Assembly (NCBI RefSeq): GCF_032191835.1
Contig: NC_083227.1
Coordinates: 39,246,001 to 39,310,000 of the forward strand
Source of the DNA: Heteronotia binoei
Lineage: Eukaryota
DNA length: 64,000 nucleotides
Direction of reading: 5' to 3'
Shown in pieces: positions 10,782 to 23,665 of this stretch; the first letter of the stretch is position 1; each line of letters opens with the position of its first letter. Position numbers and translations under genes: made by a program. A model generated the notes under the pieces. The model did no database searches. It had not been told where the DNA came from and saw nothing but the letters and a program-made list of their open reading frames with translations.

Positions 10782-11160
10782 TTATTTATTTATTTAATTC
10801 CATTTATATCCTGCCCTCCTTGCCGAAGCTGGCTCAGGACGGCTTACAAAGTCGTGCATATGCATGAGTATAAATATATAATAGGACATAAAACCATAAA
10901 ACAGTTAAAAACATACAAAAATTTACATTTCGGTGCTATGATCTTAAGTTTCAGATTAATGTTCTCTGTAAAGCAGATCTTAGATAGTTCTCTCCGCTGC
11001 TGCTATGAAACAGATTGCAAGAGGTGGTCCATATGTTGCCTGAAAACTGTAGTGGCCGGCAATCTAGTTTGCAAATGACTGGTGGAAGAGTGCTGTCTTA
11101 CAGGCCCTGCGGAACTGTCCCTTACAGGCCCTGCGGAAATATTATATGTATAGCTGAATT
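10782..11160 (-). mobile_element. L2-like LINE 3' end, specific to intron 1 of copy A
   Basis: (TTTA)n tail then tttatatcctgccctcc...gctggctcagg-cggcttac, like other L2 3' ends in the window; absent at the equivalent position of copy C. Confidence 0.5.
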
Positions 11161-12375
11161 GGCATACATCCTATGTGTTAACGGTAGAATTTATTTATTT
11201 AGGAGATTTCTATGTTCCCTCAGCAGAGTCCTGCTCAAGGTGGTTTACAATTAGTACCTATGTGTATGAGGTATCCAGACCCGCTCAGTCACAGGAAAGA
11301 AAACCTGAGAGGTGCACGGAAGCACCAAAGTGTTGTGCAGAAGCAAAAAACCTCTTCCCACAAACATGCAAGAGAGGACAAACAACCCAGTGATGTCTCT
11401 GTTGTGGTCACAAACTCCCATTTGAGTCAGTTTTCACTTCAGGCAGCATCACATTTAAATGAGGACTTAGGTCTGGTGTACAGGTATTAAATCTTTCAAG
11501 TCACTTCTGACTTATGGTCATCTTATGAACTGATCTCCAAAACACCCTATTGTTATTAACTTTACTTGGGACTTGAAAACTGAGGGTTGCAGATTCCTTG
11601 ATAAGAGTCATCTTGGGACTCCTTACGTTGGGTCTTCCTCTTTTCCTACTGCTTTCAACTTTTCCTAGCACTATTGTCTTTTCTAGTGACTCTTGTATTC
11701 TTATGCTGTGACCAAACTACAATAGCCTGGTCTTGTCTGCACGTTCCATAGAATGGAGAGCTAGAACGCAGAGGGGCTATGAGTGACTGTACCACTTCAG
11801 AATCTAAGTGGGGTGTTCCAGTTTGATATATTTACAGTATTTAGATGTGAAACATGTAGTGATCTTAGCATGAATGAAAATTCTCGCTGCACTAATTGTC
11901 CCTAGTTGGTAGTTGCTAACCAGGAGGTTACAGGAATCAATGTCCATGAGTAAATGAACAAAGTTTGAGTCCAGTGGCACCTTTAGCAATATGTCAAAAG
12001 ATCTTCAATAAGTTGTATGCTAATTTGCAATTCACCTACGTAGAGGCATCTGCCTGTATATATATGAAACATTAGCTTCCATTTCTATGTATCTCAGGAA
12101 ATATGCACGCACGTGAAAGCTCGTACCTTGAATAAACTTCTGTTGGTCTTAAAGGTGTCACTGCACACAAAGTTTATTCAATTGCTTCAGACCAACACAG
12201 TTGCCCACCTGGATCTATCTTCATGAACAAAACAGTTAGCAACTCGGCAGAGAGAACAAGTCTACTTGTTTGGAGCAGAATATGCTGAGATTTAGTCTCC
12301 CAGACAACAAGAATCCCTCCCCTCTTCTCTTTCCTATCATCTGTTGCAAAGGGTTCTTTAAAACAGCAGACTCAC

Positions 12376-12512
12376 CCCTCTCTTGCCTCCTTCTCCTTCA
12401 ACAGTGGTTTCTGTTCAGCTCTGTATGCATCAATTCACTTATCTGTAACATGAGGAGGAAGCAAGAAACCAGCATTATTTATTGTCAAAGAAATTACTCA
12501 ACAGCCTTTGCC
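12376..12512 (-). promoter_or_regulatory. Putative non-coding exon 1 and proximal promoter of copy A
   Basis: GTGAGT donor (12370-12375), ATAAATAA box (12475-12482), TTGAGTAAT and GGCAAAGG motifs, all conserved upstream of C and D. Confidence 0.6.
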
Positions 12513-13265
12513 ATACCCAGTGGGAGGAGTGTGCTGCATAAAGTGTGCTAGCTGTGATATTCCTGTGAAGAGACAACTGAAACACATTTTCATCGATAAC
12601 AGGTCAGATGGGGTAGGGTGGAGGTGGAGATTTCCTGGAAGGCCCAGGAACAATATTGCCAAACATGAGAGAATGTGCATGGGCGGGAATAAAAGGTCTC
12701 TGGACAAGATAAAAGACCTTTGACACTCTTTTCCGCAAAGAGAAGAATTTGGTGAGCGGCCACCTGTAGCTTAATGTCAGAACACCTGCTTTGCATGCAG
12801 AAGGATCCAGGTTGAATCTCTGCCATTTCCAATGGAAAGCCTGTTTAGCCAGCCAGAGAACAAATCTTGAGTCTCAAAATCCACTTGGAGGTTTGTAATC
12901 CACTTTGAACTGCTGCTGCTGCTACTACTTTAATTTATCACCCAACTTTCTCTCTGAAACTCAAAGTGGATTACAAAATTATAAAATCACTTCAGTTAAA
13001 CAGCAAAGATCTCAAACAAGCAAAACAATGTCCTGGAGCCAGGACAGAAGAACTGGAAAACAATGCAAGCATTTTTGTTTTAAAAAAAGAAAAACTGTCT
13101 TAAGACAACAAATAGCTGTCTGAAGTTACACATACCACAATAAAGAGAGGGTTACAAAGTAAAAAAGATATTGAATTGCAGGAAAAAGGTAGGTGGTGAT
13201 GATGCATACCATAAACACAGCAAACGATAATAGTATTTGATATAGATGCAACTTCACATACTATA

Positions 13266-14080
13266 AACCTATTGGTTGTTGTACATTTTCTGGGCTATGT
13301 GGCCGTGGTCTTGGCATTGTGAGACCTAATGTTTCGCCAGCAACTGTGACTGGCATCCTCAGAGGTTTAACCCAGAAAACTGGAGTTCTCTCTGGGTCAA
13401 ATTGAGAAGATGTTGGTAGAGAGGTAATTTATATCTACTCAGGCAGGTGGGGTAGGAATGAGCCATTATCCTGTAGGAGTTTCCTGGGCTGTGACATGCT
13501 AATGGAGGAGCTTACTTGAAGGGTTTCTTTTGTATATGGATTGGCTAGTGAAATTCTACTGTTATCTATAGTGCTGTTGTAAGCTGTAGGGCATTTTGTG
13601 TTTTTCAGGATTGGAAACCATGCCCTACTCATTTTTAAACTTTCTTTCTTCCTGTTGAAATTGTGTTTATGGATTTCAATGGCTTCTCTGCGTAATCTAA
13701 CATGGTAATTGGATGTGTTGTCTAGCATTACAGTGTCTAGGAATAAGATACTGTGTTCTGTTTGAGTTAGGCTATGTTCAGCCACTGCTGATTCTTCAGG
13801 TTGGCCAAACCTGCAGTGTCTTTCATGTTCTTTTATTCTTTTCTGGATGCTACATTGTGTGGTCCCGATGTAAACCTGTCCACAACTGCAGGGTATGTGG
13901 TATACTCCTGCAGAAGCGAAGGGGTCTCTTCTATCTTTTGCTGATCGTAGCATCTGATGTATTTTTCTGGTGGGTCTGAACACTGTTTGTAGGTTATGTT
14001 TCTTTATAAGTTTTCCCATCTGATCCGTGATTCCTTTGATATATGGCAAAAACATCTTTTGTGTGGGAGACTGTTTTTCT
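13266..14080 (-). mobile_element. Penelope-like element 3' part (GIY-YIG endonuclease and pLTR)
   Basis: ORF 13435-14055 has LPYIKG, GVYHIPCSCGQVYIG and EAIEI motifs; hammerhead-like motif at 13325-13365. Confidence 0.88.
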
Positions 14081-14084
14081 TCAG

Positions 14085-17000
14085 TTGTTCATTTTTTGTG
14101 TTTAAAGAATTTTATTAATAACATATGGTAAAAATATCCATTAATAACTTTTTTTAAATCTTTCCCATATGCTATTTTCTAAATCCCCCTCCCCCCGTTA
14201 CTTGACTCCCGCCGATGTTATAAACTTAAAATGCTAACACTTAAAGGTACCCTTAAACCATATAAACCATATAAACCTAGATTCATATTTCTTCTTTTTT
14301 CTAATACTGAATCATTATTAAAAAATTGTCCAATGTCCTTTTATTTTCCATTGTTTTTCTACATAACCTCTAAACTTTTTCCACTCCTTTCTATAAACTT
14401 CCAAATCATAGTCTCTTAAGATTCTTGTTAGTTTATCCATCTCACTCCATGCTATAACTTTTGTAATCCAATCCTATTTTTCTGGTATTTTTTCTTGCTT
14501 CCATAACTGCGCATACAGGCATTATGCTATGTATTTGGTCATGGACCGTAATAAAGCAAACTGAAACTGCGCATACAGTGTCCTAGCCACTGAAAGCAAG
14601 TACCAAATCAAAGTTCTATCTTCTTTCGGAAATGTTTCCATTTGTAATCCCAACAGAAATGTCTCTGCAACTTTCTTAAATTCATATCCCAAGATCCTAG
14701 AAATTTCTTGTTGAATCATCTGCCAATACTTTTTTGCTCTTTCACAAGTCCACCACATATGGTAGAAAGAACCTTCATGTTTTTTACATTTCCAACATCT
14801 ATCTGGCATCTTATTGTTCATCTTTGCCAACTTTTTAGGAGTCATATACCATCTGTACATCATTTTAAAACAGTTCTCTTTAATACTCTGACATGTTGAA
14901 AGTTTCATAGAGTTCTTCCAAAGATATTCCCATGTTTCCATCTGTATTTCTTTATTTACATTGATTGCCCATTTAATCATTTGAGATTTTACTACTTCAT
15001 CTTCCGTAGACCATATATATTTTTGAAATTAATTTTTCATTATCTCCAAGCAGAGCTTTCTCCATTTCTGCTTTCTCTCATCTTATTCCTTCAGCTTTGA
15101 TATCATTTTCCACCAAGCTATTTGTTGCATTTGAAACCAGTCATATTTGTTATTCAACTTCTCCATGGATTTCAATTCTATTTTACCACTTTGTATTTTT
15201 AATAATTGATTGTATGACAACCCTCTTTCTTCGCCGGTCTTAGCTGTTATTTTTATCACGTCTTCTGGCACTATCCATAATGGCTTTCTCTCATCACCAT
15301 ACTTCTTATACTTCATCCATATATTTAACAGATTATTTCTTATATAATGGTGAGAGAAAAAACCATCCATTTTTTCTTCCCATAGTACATGTAAGCGTGC
15401 CAGCCGAATTTATTTCCATGACCTTCCAACATTAAAAGCTTTTTATTTGACAGCGTCACCCAATCTTTTATCCATACTAAGCAAACTGCATCATGATATA
15501 TTCTTAAGTCTGGTAGCTGGAATCCTCCTCTCTCTTTAGCATCTGTTAAAATTTTCATTTTAATCCTTGGTTTCTTCCCAGCCCAAACAAATTCTGAAAT
15601 CTTCCTTGGCCATTTATTGAATTGTTTACTATCTTTCACAATCGGAATAGTTTGAAACAAATACATTATTCTCGGCAAAATGTTCATCTTAATTGCAGCT
15701 ATTCTGCCCAGCAATGTCAAATTAAGTTTATTCCATTTCAGCAAATCTTCATCCATCTTATGCCATAGCTTTTCATAGTTATTTTTAAACAAATCAATAT
15801 TCTTCATTGTTATCTCCAAGCCCAAATATTTTACTTTGGAAGCAACTTCACATCCCTTCAATTTCTGCAATTCCTTTTGTTTGTTTGCTTGTATATTTTT
15901 ACATAAAAGTTTTGACTTTTCTTTATTAACATAAAATCCCGCCAATTCTCCATATTCTTGTATCTTAGCTAACAACAAAGGTGTTACTTGTACAGGATTT
16001 TCAGTTATGAACATTATGTCATCAGCAAATGCTCTATATTTATAAATAGATCCTCTGATTTTTAGCCCTTCTATTTCTTTATCATCTTGTACTTGTATCA
16101 GTAAAATTTCAAGAGTCATAATAAACAACAATGGTGAAAGCGGGCAACCTTGTCTTGTACCTTTACTAATCATCATATTATCTGTAAGATCTGCATTTAT
16201 ACACAACTTTGCACTTTGTTCCATATAAATTGCTTTTATCATTCTTATAAAGTGCTCTCCAAGTTCTATCTTTTCCATAACTGCAAACATAAAGTCCCAA
16301 TTCAAATTATCAAAAGCTTTCTCTGCATCCACAAAGAATAATGCAACCTCTTTTTCTGGATGTTTTTCATAATATTCTACAATATTAACAACTGTTCTTA
16401 TATTATCTCTTATTTGTCTTTTAGGGAGAAATCCTGCTTGATCTTCCTTTATAAAGTTCCTCAAATATTGTTTAAGTTGTTCTGCCAAGATTCTTGTGTA
16501 TATCTTATAATCAATATTTAATAATGAAATTGGTCTATAGTTCTGTACCTTCGTGACATCTCTATCTTCTTTAGGTATCAACGAAATTACAGCTTCCTTC
16601 CAGGTATTTGGTATTTTCCCTTTTATTCTTATCATATTCATCAATTTTTGTAATTTTGGTACTAATTCTTCTTTAAATTTTTTTTAAAAATTTAGCCGTA
16701 TATCCATCTGGCCCAGGCGCCTTACCAATTTTCATTGCATTAATTGCTGCTTCAATTTAAATTTTTTCAATTGGATCATTCAAAATTTTCATATTTTCTG
16801 TTAGGGGTGCTATTTTGACATTTTGCATGTACTCTTCAATCTTTTCTTTTCTTATTTTCACACCCTTAAATAAGTCGGCATAATACTTTAAAAATTCTCT
16901 TTTTATTCCTTCTTGATCTACTATCTCTCTTCCACCAGTCACAATTTTGCTAATAGTTTTACTTTCTCTCTTTTTCTTCAATTGCCAAGCTAAATACTTT

Positions 17001-18010
17001 CCAGGTGTATTTGCACCCTCAAAAGATTTCTTTTGCAATTTTTTCAAATTCCATTCAATTTCTTTGTTCAGCAAATGTCTCATTTGAGTTTGTAATATAG
17101 TAATCTCCCTTATAATTTTCTTTTTCCCTGGCCTTTTTCTCAGTTCCCCTTCTTTTTTCTTTATCTATTTTGAATGTCTAGTCTCTGTTTTTTGTTCACT
17201 CTTTTATCCTTATTATTTAATGTAATCAGTATTATTACAGCTTTATAAGCGTCCCATACCATCTTAAATTCTATATCATCTTTATCATTTATTTGGAAGA
17301 AAGCTCTTGTTTCATTTTCTAGAAATGTCACTGTTTGTTTATTTTGTAACAAATCTTCATTTATTCTCCATCTTCTTGATTTTTTTTTGCAATTTTGTAA
17401 TCCATAATATTGGGTTATGATCAGCACTTATCTTTGTTAAAATCTCTACTTTTTTAGTTATGAGGCCCAAATCTTTAGTACCCCATAACATGTCAATTCT
17501 GGAAGAAGTATTATGTCTCGCTGAAAAAAAAAAGTATAGTCTCTTACTTCCGGGTTGAATTTTCTCCAGATATCTTCCAAATTTTCTTGTTTAACCAGTT
17601 CTAAAAAAGATTTTGGCAGTTTTCCTTCCTTGTTGTTACTTTTTTTACCAGACCTATCCATTTTGTTCTGTATTGTTCCTTTAAAATCCCCCATCATCAA
17701 TATCTGGTCATAAGTCACTTCATCAAGCTGTCGGGTAATGTCTTTGAAAAAAGCATCTTTTGCACCATTTGGTGCATACAGTCCTCATAACAACGTTTTC
17801 TTTGCATTTATTATCTCTACTGCCACATATCTTCCATCCTTGTCTTTAAATATCAATTTTGGCTCTAATTGTTGATTAATATAAAAAATCATGCCCCTTT
17901 TCTTTTGTTCCGCCAATGAAAAAAATTCCAATCCTGATTGTTTATTCCATAAATATTTGTAATCCTTTTGTTGTATATGGATTTCTTGTAAACAAATTAT
18001 ATTACAATTT
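14085..18010 (-). mobile_element. 5'-truncated, degenerate L1-clade LINE (ORF2: EN, RT, Cys-rich C-terminus; 3' UTR)
   Basis: Frameshifted pieces: MMGDF (EN), YRPISLLNIDYK, DAEKAFD, GTRQGCPLSP, FADD (RT), CWKC...HMWWTC; A-rich tail near 14090. Confidence 0.92.
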
Positions 18011-18129
18011 TGAGGATGCCAGTCACAGTTGCTGGTGAAATGTCAGGTCTCGTAATGCCAGGACCATGGCCACATAGCCTGGAAAATCTACAACAACCAA
18101 TGGACTCTGGTTGTGAAGCCTTCGACAAG
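18011..18129 (+). mobile_element. Inverted Penelope pLTR fragment
   Basis: Reverse complement of ~13270-13362; composite 13266-18129 is flanked by atactataa / atattataa, and the paralogous site at ~49100 is empty. Confidence 0.8.
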
Positions 18130-18674
18130 ATATTATAATACTATCCTTTGTAGAAGCAATCTCTTGAGCTGTGATCCATTATATTGTCATTCTGATCCCT
18201 TTATGAGAATTTCATTCTGAACACTTTTGTTTTGCACAGTGTGGGAATCAAAGTAGTGTAGAAGCAGGAATCAGGATAGAGGGACTGTTGTCTGCTGGAG
18301 GTTCAAGAGAACTGGAGAGTCCATGAGGGACTTGTGATCCACGAGAGGACTTGTCCTTTTACTCTGTGACTATTGAGCTTACTTAGGAGCCTTTGATGAG
18401 GAACATGTAAATAACATCTACTGGGTCCCCTTTGTCCACATGTTTGTTCATTAAAGTTTCCTCTCCTCCCCAAAACGCATCATTCCCAAACTCCACTCCT
18501 ACATTTTCAGGGATTTCCAAATCTGTAGCTGGCAAATTTAGTTCTAAGTTGCTTATTTTGTGAACTGCTTATTTTGTGAGCAATATCCTTATCGGCTAAG
18601 TAGTATCACAGACTTCAAAAGGGTCTATAGAGATAAATCTTGGTAAAATAGCTACCTGTCTACAATAGTATAAT

Positions 18675-18790
18675 CAGGGCTTTTTTTTAGCAGGAACACA
18701 CAGGAACGCAGTTTCGGCTGGCTTGGTGGCAGGGGGTGTGGCCTAACATGCAAATGAGTTCCTGCTGGGCTTTTTCTACAAAAAAGCCTG
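18675..18790. mobile_element. 116-bp hAT-type MITE
   Basis: cagggcttttt / aaaaaagcctg ends, perfect 8-bp TSD AGTATAAT; empty site at ~38648. Confidence 0.85.
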
Positions 18791-19454
18791 AGTATAATAG
18801 TTTTAAGTGACTTCTGTGTTTAACTTTGCACAAGAAACTAGGCAGGAACTTTTAGCTAGTTAATGATCTTTATTTGGCAGGATAATAAAAAAGTAGAAGT
18901 AAGAATAAGCTAAGTCTAAAATCACAGAAAGACTGTATGTAAGGAAATTCAACTCACTGAACATTTCTCTAGCAAGACAGAATAAATAAGTTTTAAAGCC
19001 AATCAGATTTCAAATAACTATCTTAGAATGTTTAAAAAGCTTAAGAAACCCAATACAGACACAAACTGAAATCTCATCTATGTTCTTTGACACGATTCTC
19101 AGAAACCTGAGTAACTCTTCGATATGACACTTTGTATTGGGAAAGTGACATCTTATCTTCATTATAATTTTATCATGTGATGACTCTATGGATAAGTGAT
19201 TGGTTCTCAATAGGATTCAATACAAAATCAATCATACACATATGGGCTAAGATTATATCTGATAGTGCTTATTGAGTGCTCTAATAAGATTACAAAGATT
19301 ATAGTTGGCACTTGACTAGTGATTAAAAGACAAGAATTATTCTTTCTTCATTAATTGGCTGTCAAGATAAAAGGTACTGGTGAACTCTCTACAAAAGGCG
19401 TGAAAAGCACACAGCAACATTTATGTAGCATGTATATCATGACATCCTAACCTA

Positions 19455-19572
19455 GATGGCCCAGGCTAGCCTGATCTCAGATCTCAAAAGCTAAGCAGGG
19501 TCATCCCTGATTAATATTTGGAGGGGAGACTACCAAGGAAGTCCAAGGTTTGCTACACAGAGGACGGCAGTG
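19455..19572 (+). mobile_element. 5S rRNA-derived SINE (5S-Sauria-like), truncated by Copia
   Basis: gatctc...gctaagcagggtc...tggaggggagac resembles the 5S internal control region; paralogues at ~39320-39800 and ~53630-54125. Confidence 0.7.
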
Positions 19573-22500
19573 GCTGTCAGCATATAAAAATGCTCAATAA
19601 GGCATTAGACTAGTGACCACTGAGATCATGCTGATCTAAATGACAGTCAGTGTCAAAAAGATGACATCAGTGTTTAGCAAGTCTCAACAAAGGATGAGCT
19701 CCATAAGGCTTTGAACAGCAATGCAGAGAAGACGTCAGCATGGCTGATATTTCAGCAACCCAGCTTTTCAAGAAGCTCACCTCCACTAACTATAGTGTGT
19801 GGGCTCTTTGTATGGAGCATTTCCTCAAGTAAGAGGGTCTGTGGTTGATGGTCGAAGCACCTCCAGCCCAGCTTGATGATGAGGACGCGGTAAAGAATGA
19901 GAAAGCACTGGCTAACATCGTCCTTAGTGTGGGAGACGACCAGCTCGTTCATGTGTCCAGTAAGATCACAGCGAAAACTGCCTGGGACAGTCTAAAAGCA
20001 GTCTATTACAAAGTACTGCTGGCTCCCTGATTGCTATTACTCGTTGGCTATACAGGACAGTAATGAAGCCAGGAGAGTCTGTAAGGGCACATTTAAATGC
20101 TTTGGTGGAATGATGCCAACAGTTAGAGCAGAGGGGGAAGATGGTGCCAGAAGAAGATAAAGTATACATGATTCTCAGCTCGCTGTCTGCTGAATTCAAC
20201 ATGCTTATTACTTTGCTTGAGACAGCTGAAGCAAACAAACTGACTTTGGCATACATGACCGGTCGACTTCTCAAGGAGGAGAAGAGGATACAGGAGTTGA
20301 GTTACACTCAGGCTTGGCAGCGATCCAGACTGGGGGAGAAAACGAAAGCAAGCACCAGCAGTTCTCTTGATGACGCCAGGAATCGGCATGGAGAGGCGTC
20401 GGAGGTGGCTCTAAAGGTGCAGAAATGTTTTTGTTGTGGCTCAGCGATGCTCTTAAGCATGCTTGTCCTGAGGGGAAGAACAGGTGGAGGCAAGGAGGAA
20501 AGTCTAAGAGTTCAATGGATTGCTCCAAGGCTTCGCTGGTGGTGACAGATACTACTGCTGCTCCAGGAGTGTGGATTTTAGACTTGGGGGCATCACAAAA
20601 TTTCTGCAAAGATGAACATTTGCTCCATGACAAAAAGCCTTCTGATCTTCAGCATGTTAGTTTGGCTGATGGACGTAGTTCTGAGGTATTATGTCAGGGG
20701 CATGTAAATTTTCCAGCTTTGCAGCACACTTTCTCTGAGGTGCTGTGCGTTCCCTCATTAGAGATCAATTTACTAAGTGTGCCTGTCTTAGATAAGGCTG
20801 GGTTTACTGTCACTTTTGCTGACAAGACTTGTACAGTCATAAAAGGAGGGAAAGTGCTGGGAGTTGGGAGATTACAGAACAATGTTTACGTTCTTGAGAA
20901 CTCATCAGGAACAGCTAAAGCTGTAACCAATTCTAACCCTCATGACAATTATGTACATTTAATGCACAGGAGATTGGGGCATGCTAGTTTCCATGTTCTA
21001 TTGTGGGGAAGGGGTGTGTGAAAGATTGCAGTCAGTTCCTTGACTGTGAGGTATACAAGTGCACTAAATCACAAGCTTTCCCTGTAGCTCGCAAGAGCGA
21101 TAGCGTCGGCAAGGCCACTAGCTTTAATACATGCAGATCTGATTGGTCCGTACCCCAAAAGCCACTCCAATAGCAAATTTGCTTTAATCCTGATGACTGC
21201 TCCAGGTTTTCTTGGATGTATGTGTTAAAGCAGAAATCAGATTTATTCACCACTGTGACATACTGGTACAAAAAAGTACAAAAGCAGTTGGGTAATCTGT
21301 GTGCTATTCAAACAGATATGGGAGGAGAGTTTATGTCCTCTGCATTTAAAAGGTGGATGCACATACATGGGATATCTCATAGAGTGGCTAATGTAGCAAC
21401 ACCTCAGGAAAATGGGGTTGCTGAATGAAAAGGTGGAGCGTTGCAAACAATGATGCATTCTAAGTTAAAAGATGCTGGGTTACCTATCAGTTTTTGGGCA
21501 GAAGCTTTAAAAGCTGCTTGCGATGTGAACAATAGACTCTGGTCTAAACCCATTGATAGCATTCCATATAAGATGCTATATAACAAAAATCCCAACCTAG
21601 ATCATGTAAGAGTGTTCCGTACCAAAGTTCCAGTTACCCAAAGGAGAAAGGGAAGTGCAAGATCTAAAACCCCTTCTTTTTATGGGTTACCAAACCGGCA
21701 TGAAAGCCTATCGGTTTGCTAACTATCACCAAAATATTAGCTTCAACTGATCAGCTAACTTTTGTGAACACCAAGGGTGGCAAAGAATCCATGCTAATGA
21801 TTTGCCTGATCAGGTTGCACTGCCTATAACTACTGAGGAACAAACCACTACTGTAAAACAGGAAATAAGTTCTTCTTCGACTAGTGTCTCTGTGGGTGAA
21901 CAAAGTGCAGCAGTACCTAGAAGGTCAACAAGGAGTACTAAGGGTGTACCTCCTGAGAGATATGGGTTTGAAAATACCTCAGTGAATCATGTTTATGTGA
22001 GAGAGCCACAAAGCTTTCAAGAGGTATTAAATATGCCAGGACTGGAAAGGGTTGCTTGGCAGGAGGCCATGCAGAGGGAGTACAGCTCATTAACCGAAAA
22101 TTATGTGTTTTCTTTTACTTGTCTGCCAGTTGATAAAAAGGCTATTGGATATTGGTGGGAGTACAAAGTGAAAACACTGCCAGATGGTCAAATGCAGAGA
22201 AAAGCAAGATTGGTTGCTAGAGGTTTTTCTCAAATAGAAGGAGAAGACTATGATCAAGTATTTGCTTCAACTGTAAAAGCAGATACTTTAAAAGCAGCAT
22301 TGTGTAAAGCAGGGCAAGACAAGATGCAGGTGCATCACTTTGATTTTACCACTGCTTACTTAAATGCACATCTAGAGAAAGAATTGTATATGGAACAGAT
22401 ACCAGGTTTTGAAAACTCAAACAAAACTTTGGTTTTGAAACTCAACAAAGCATTATGTGGCTTAAAACAAAGTGCCAGGGAATGGAACCAGTGCTTGAGT

Positions 22501-23425
22501 AAGGCATTGATTGATTTTGGGTTTGAACAAGGTATAGCTGAACCCTGTATGTTCTGCAAAACAATTGAGCGAACAAAATGTTACTTATTAGTTTTTGTGA
22601 ATGATATCTATTTTTTGTTCCACACTGACACACAATTGAAATGGTTTATGGAGTCAACTCAAAATTTGTTCAAGATGAAACACTTAGATAACATACAACA
22701 CTATTTGGGAGTTGACATAAGCAGAGACTCACAAGGATGGTTTAGTCTAAATCAGAAAGAAAAAATATTTAAACTCCTTGAAAAATATAACATGCTGGAT
22801 ACACATTGTGTAGACTCACCAATGACTACAGGTTATAAAAACGAGCCTGATGAAAGAGTATTTGAGAACAGGTCTATGAATCAATCTCTAATCAGTTCAT
22901 TGCTGTATATTGCATGTTAATCCAGACCTGATATATGTTTTGCTGTACACATGTTGTGTCAGAAAAGCTCAAATTCTTATGTTAAGGACTGGGTTGCAGC
23001 AAAAAGGATACTCAGATATCTTAAGGGTACTGCCAACTATACAATGGTGTTAAAAGCAAATGAGGCACAACAAATCACTGCCTACAGTGACTCAGGCTGG
23101 GGTGATAGGTAGGATGGTAGATCCACATCAGGGTATGTTGTGTACATAAATGTTGCATTGGTATTGTGGAAATCATTAAAACAGACCTATGTGGTCACTA
23201 GTACTTGTGAAGCGGAATAAGCTGCACTTAATGATTATGTAATACAACTAGAGTGGCTATATCAATTACTGCTTGATCTAGAAATACAATGCGAACTGCC
23301 AATACGTGTGTTCTGTGACAACACTGCAGCTCTGCAATTAGCAGATGCACAAGGAATAAAACCATGAAACAGACACATTAACATCAGGTATCAAAATGCA
23401 CAGAAATATTTGGGTCAGTAACAGA
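19573..23425 (+). mobile_element. Degenerate Ty1/Copia retrotransposon (gag-PR-IN-RT-RH); no 3' LTR seen
   Basis: Gag LTSTNYSVW at ~19740, zinc knuckle remnant, WILDLGAS protease, HRRLGH, IQTDMGGEF integrase, KARLVARGFSQ RT, VFCDN RNase H; many stops and frameshifts. Confidence 0.9.
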
Positions 23426-23439
23426 ATTGATGTTTAGAT

Positions 23440-23665
23440 TAGGCTTTAATTTTTGTTGGGTCTTTGGAGTGACAGGCCTCTTTAAATTGTGCTCTCAGCT
23501 CTTGTTTCCAAGCTAAACAATCTGTATCGAACCAGCTAGAGAAACTAGACCTAGACAAGATCACAGGTTTAGCTTTAGCACTACAGTAATCAATTAATAA
23601 TGAGAATCCAGAAGGATTGTACCATCTGAATTGGAATTTATGATTGAATCCCTTAATCTGCACAG
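23440..23665 (-). mobile_element. Possible LINE ORF2 fragment
   Basis: Translation contains SWFDTDCLAWKQELR, resembling the W-F-D-x-E-C linker between EN and RT. Confidence 0.35.

Noticed and set aside
19455-19572. 5S rRNA gene
   Set aside because: Partial and diverged, with no T-run terminator; it continues into a SINE tail.
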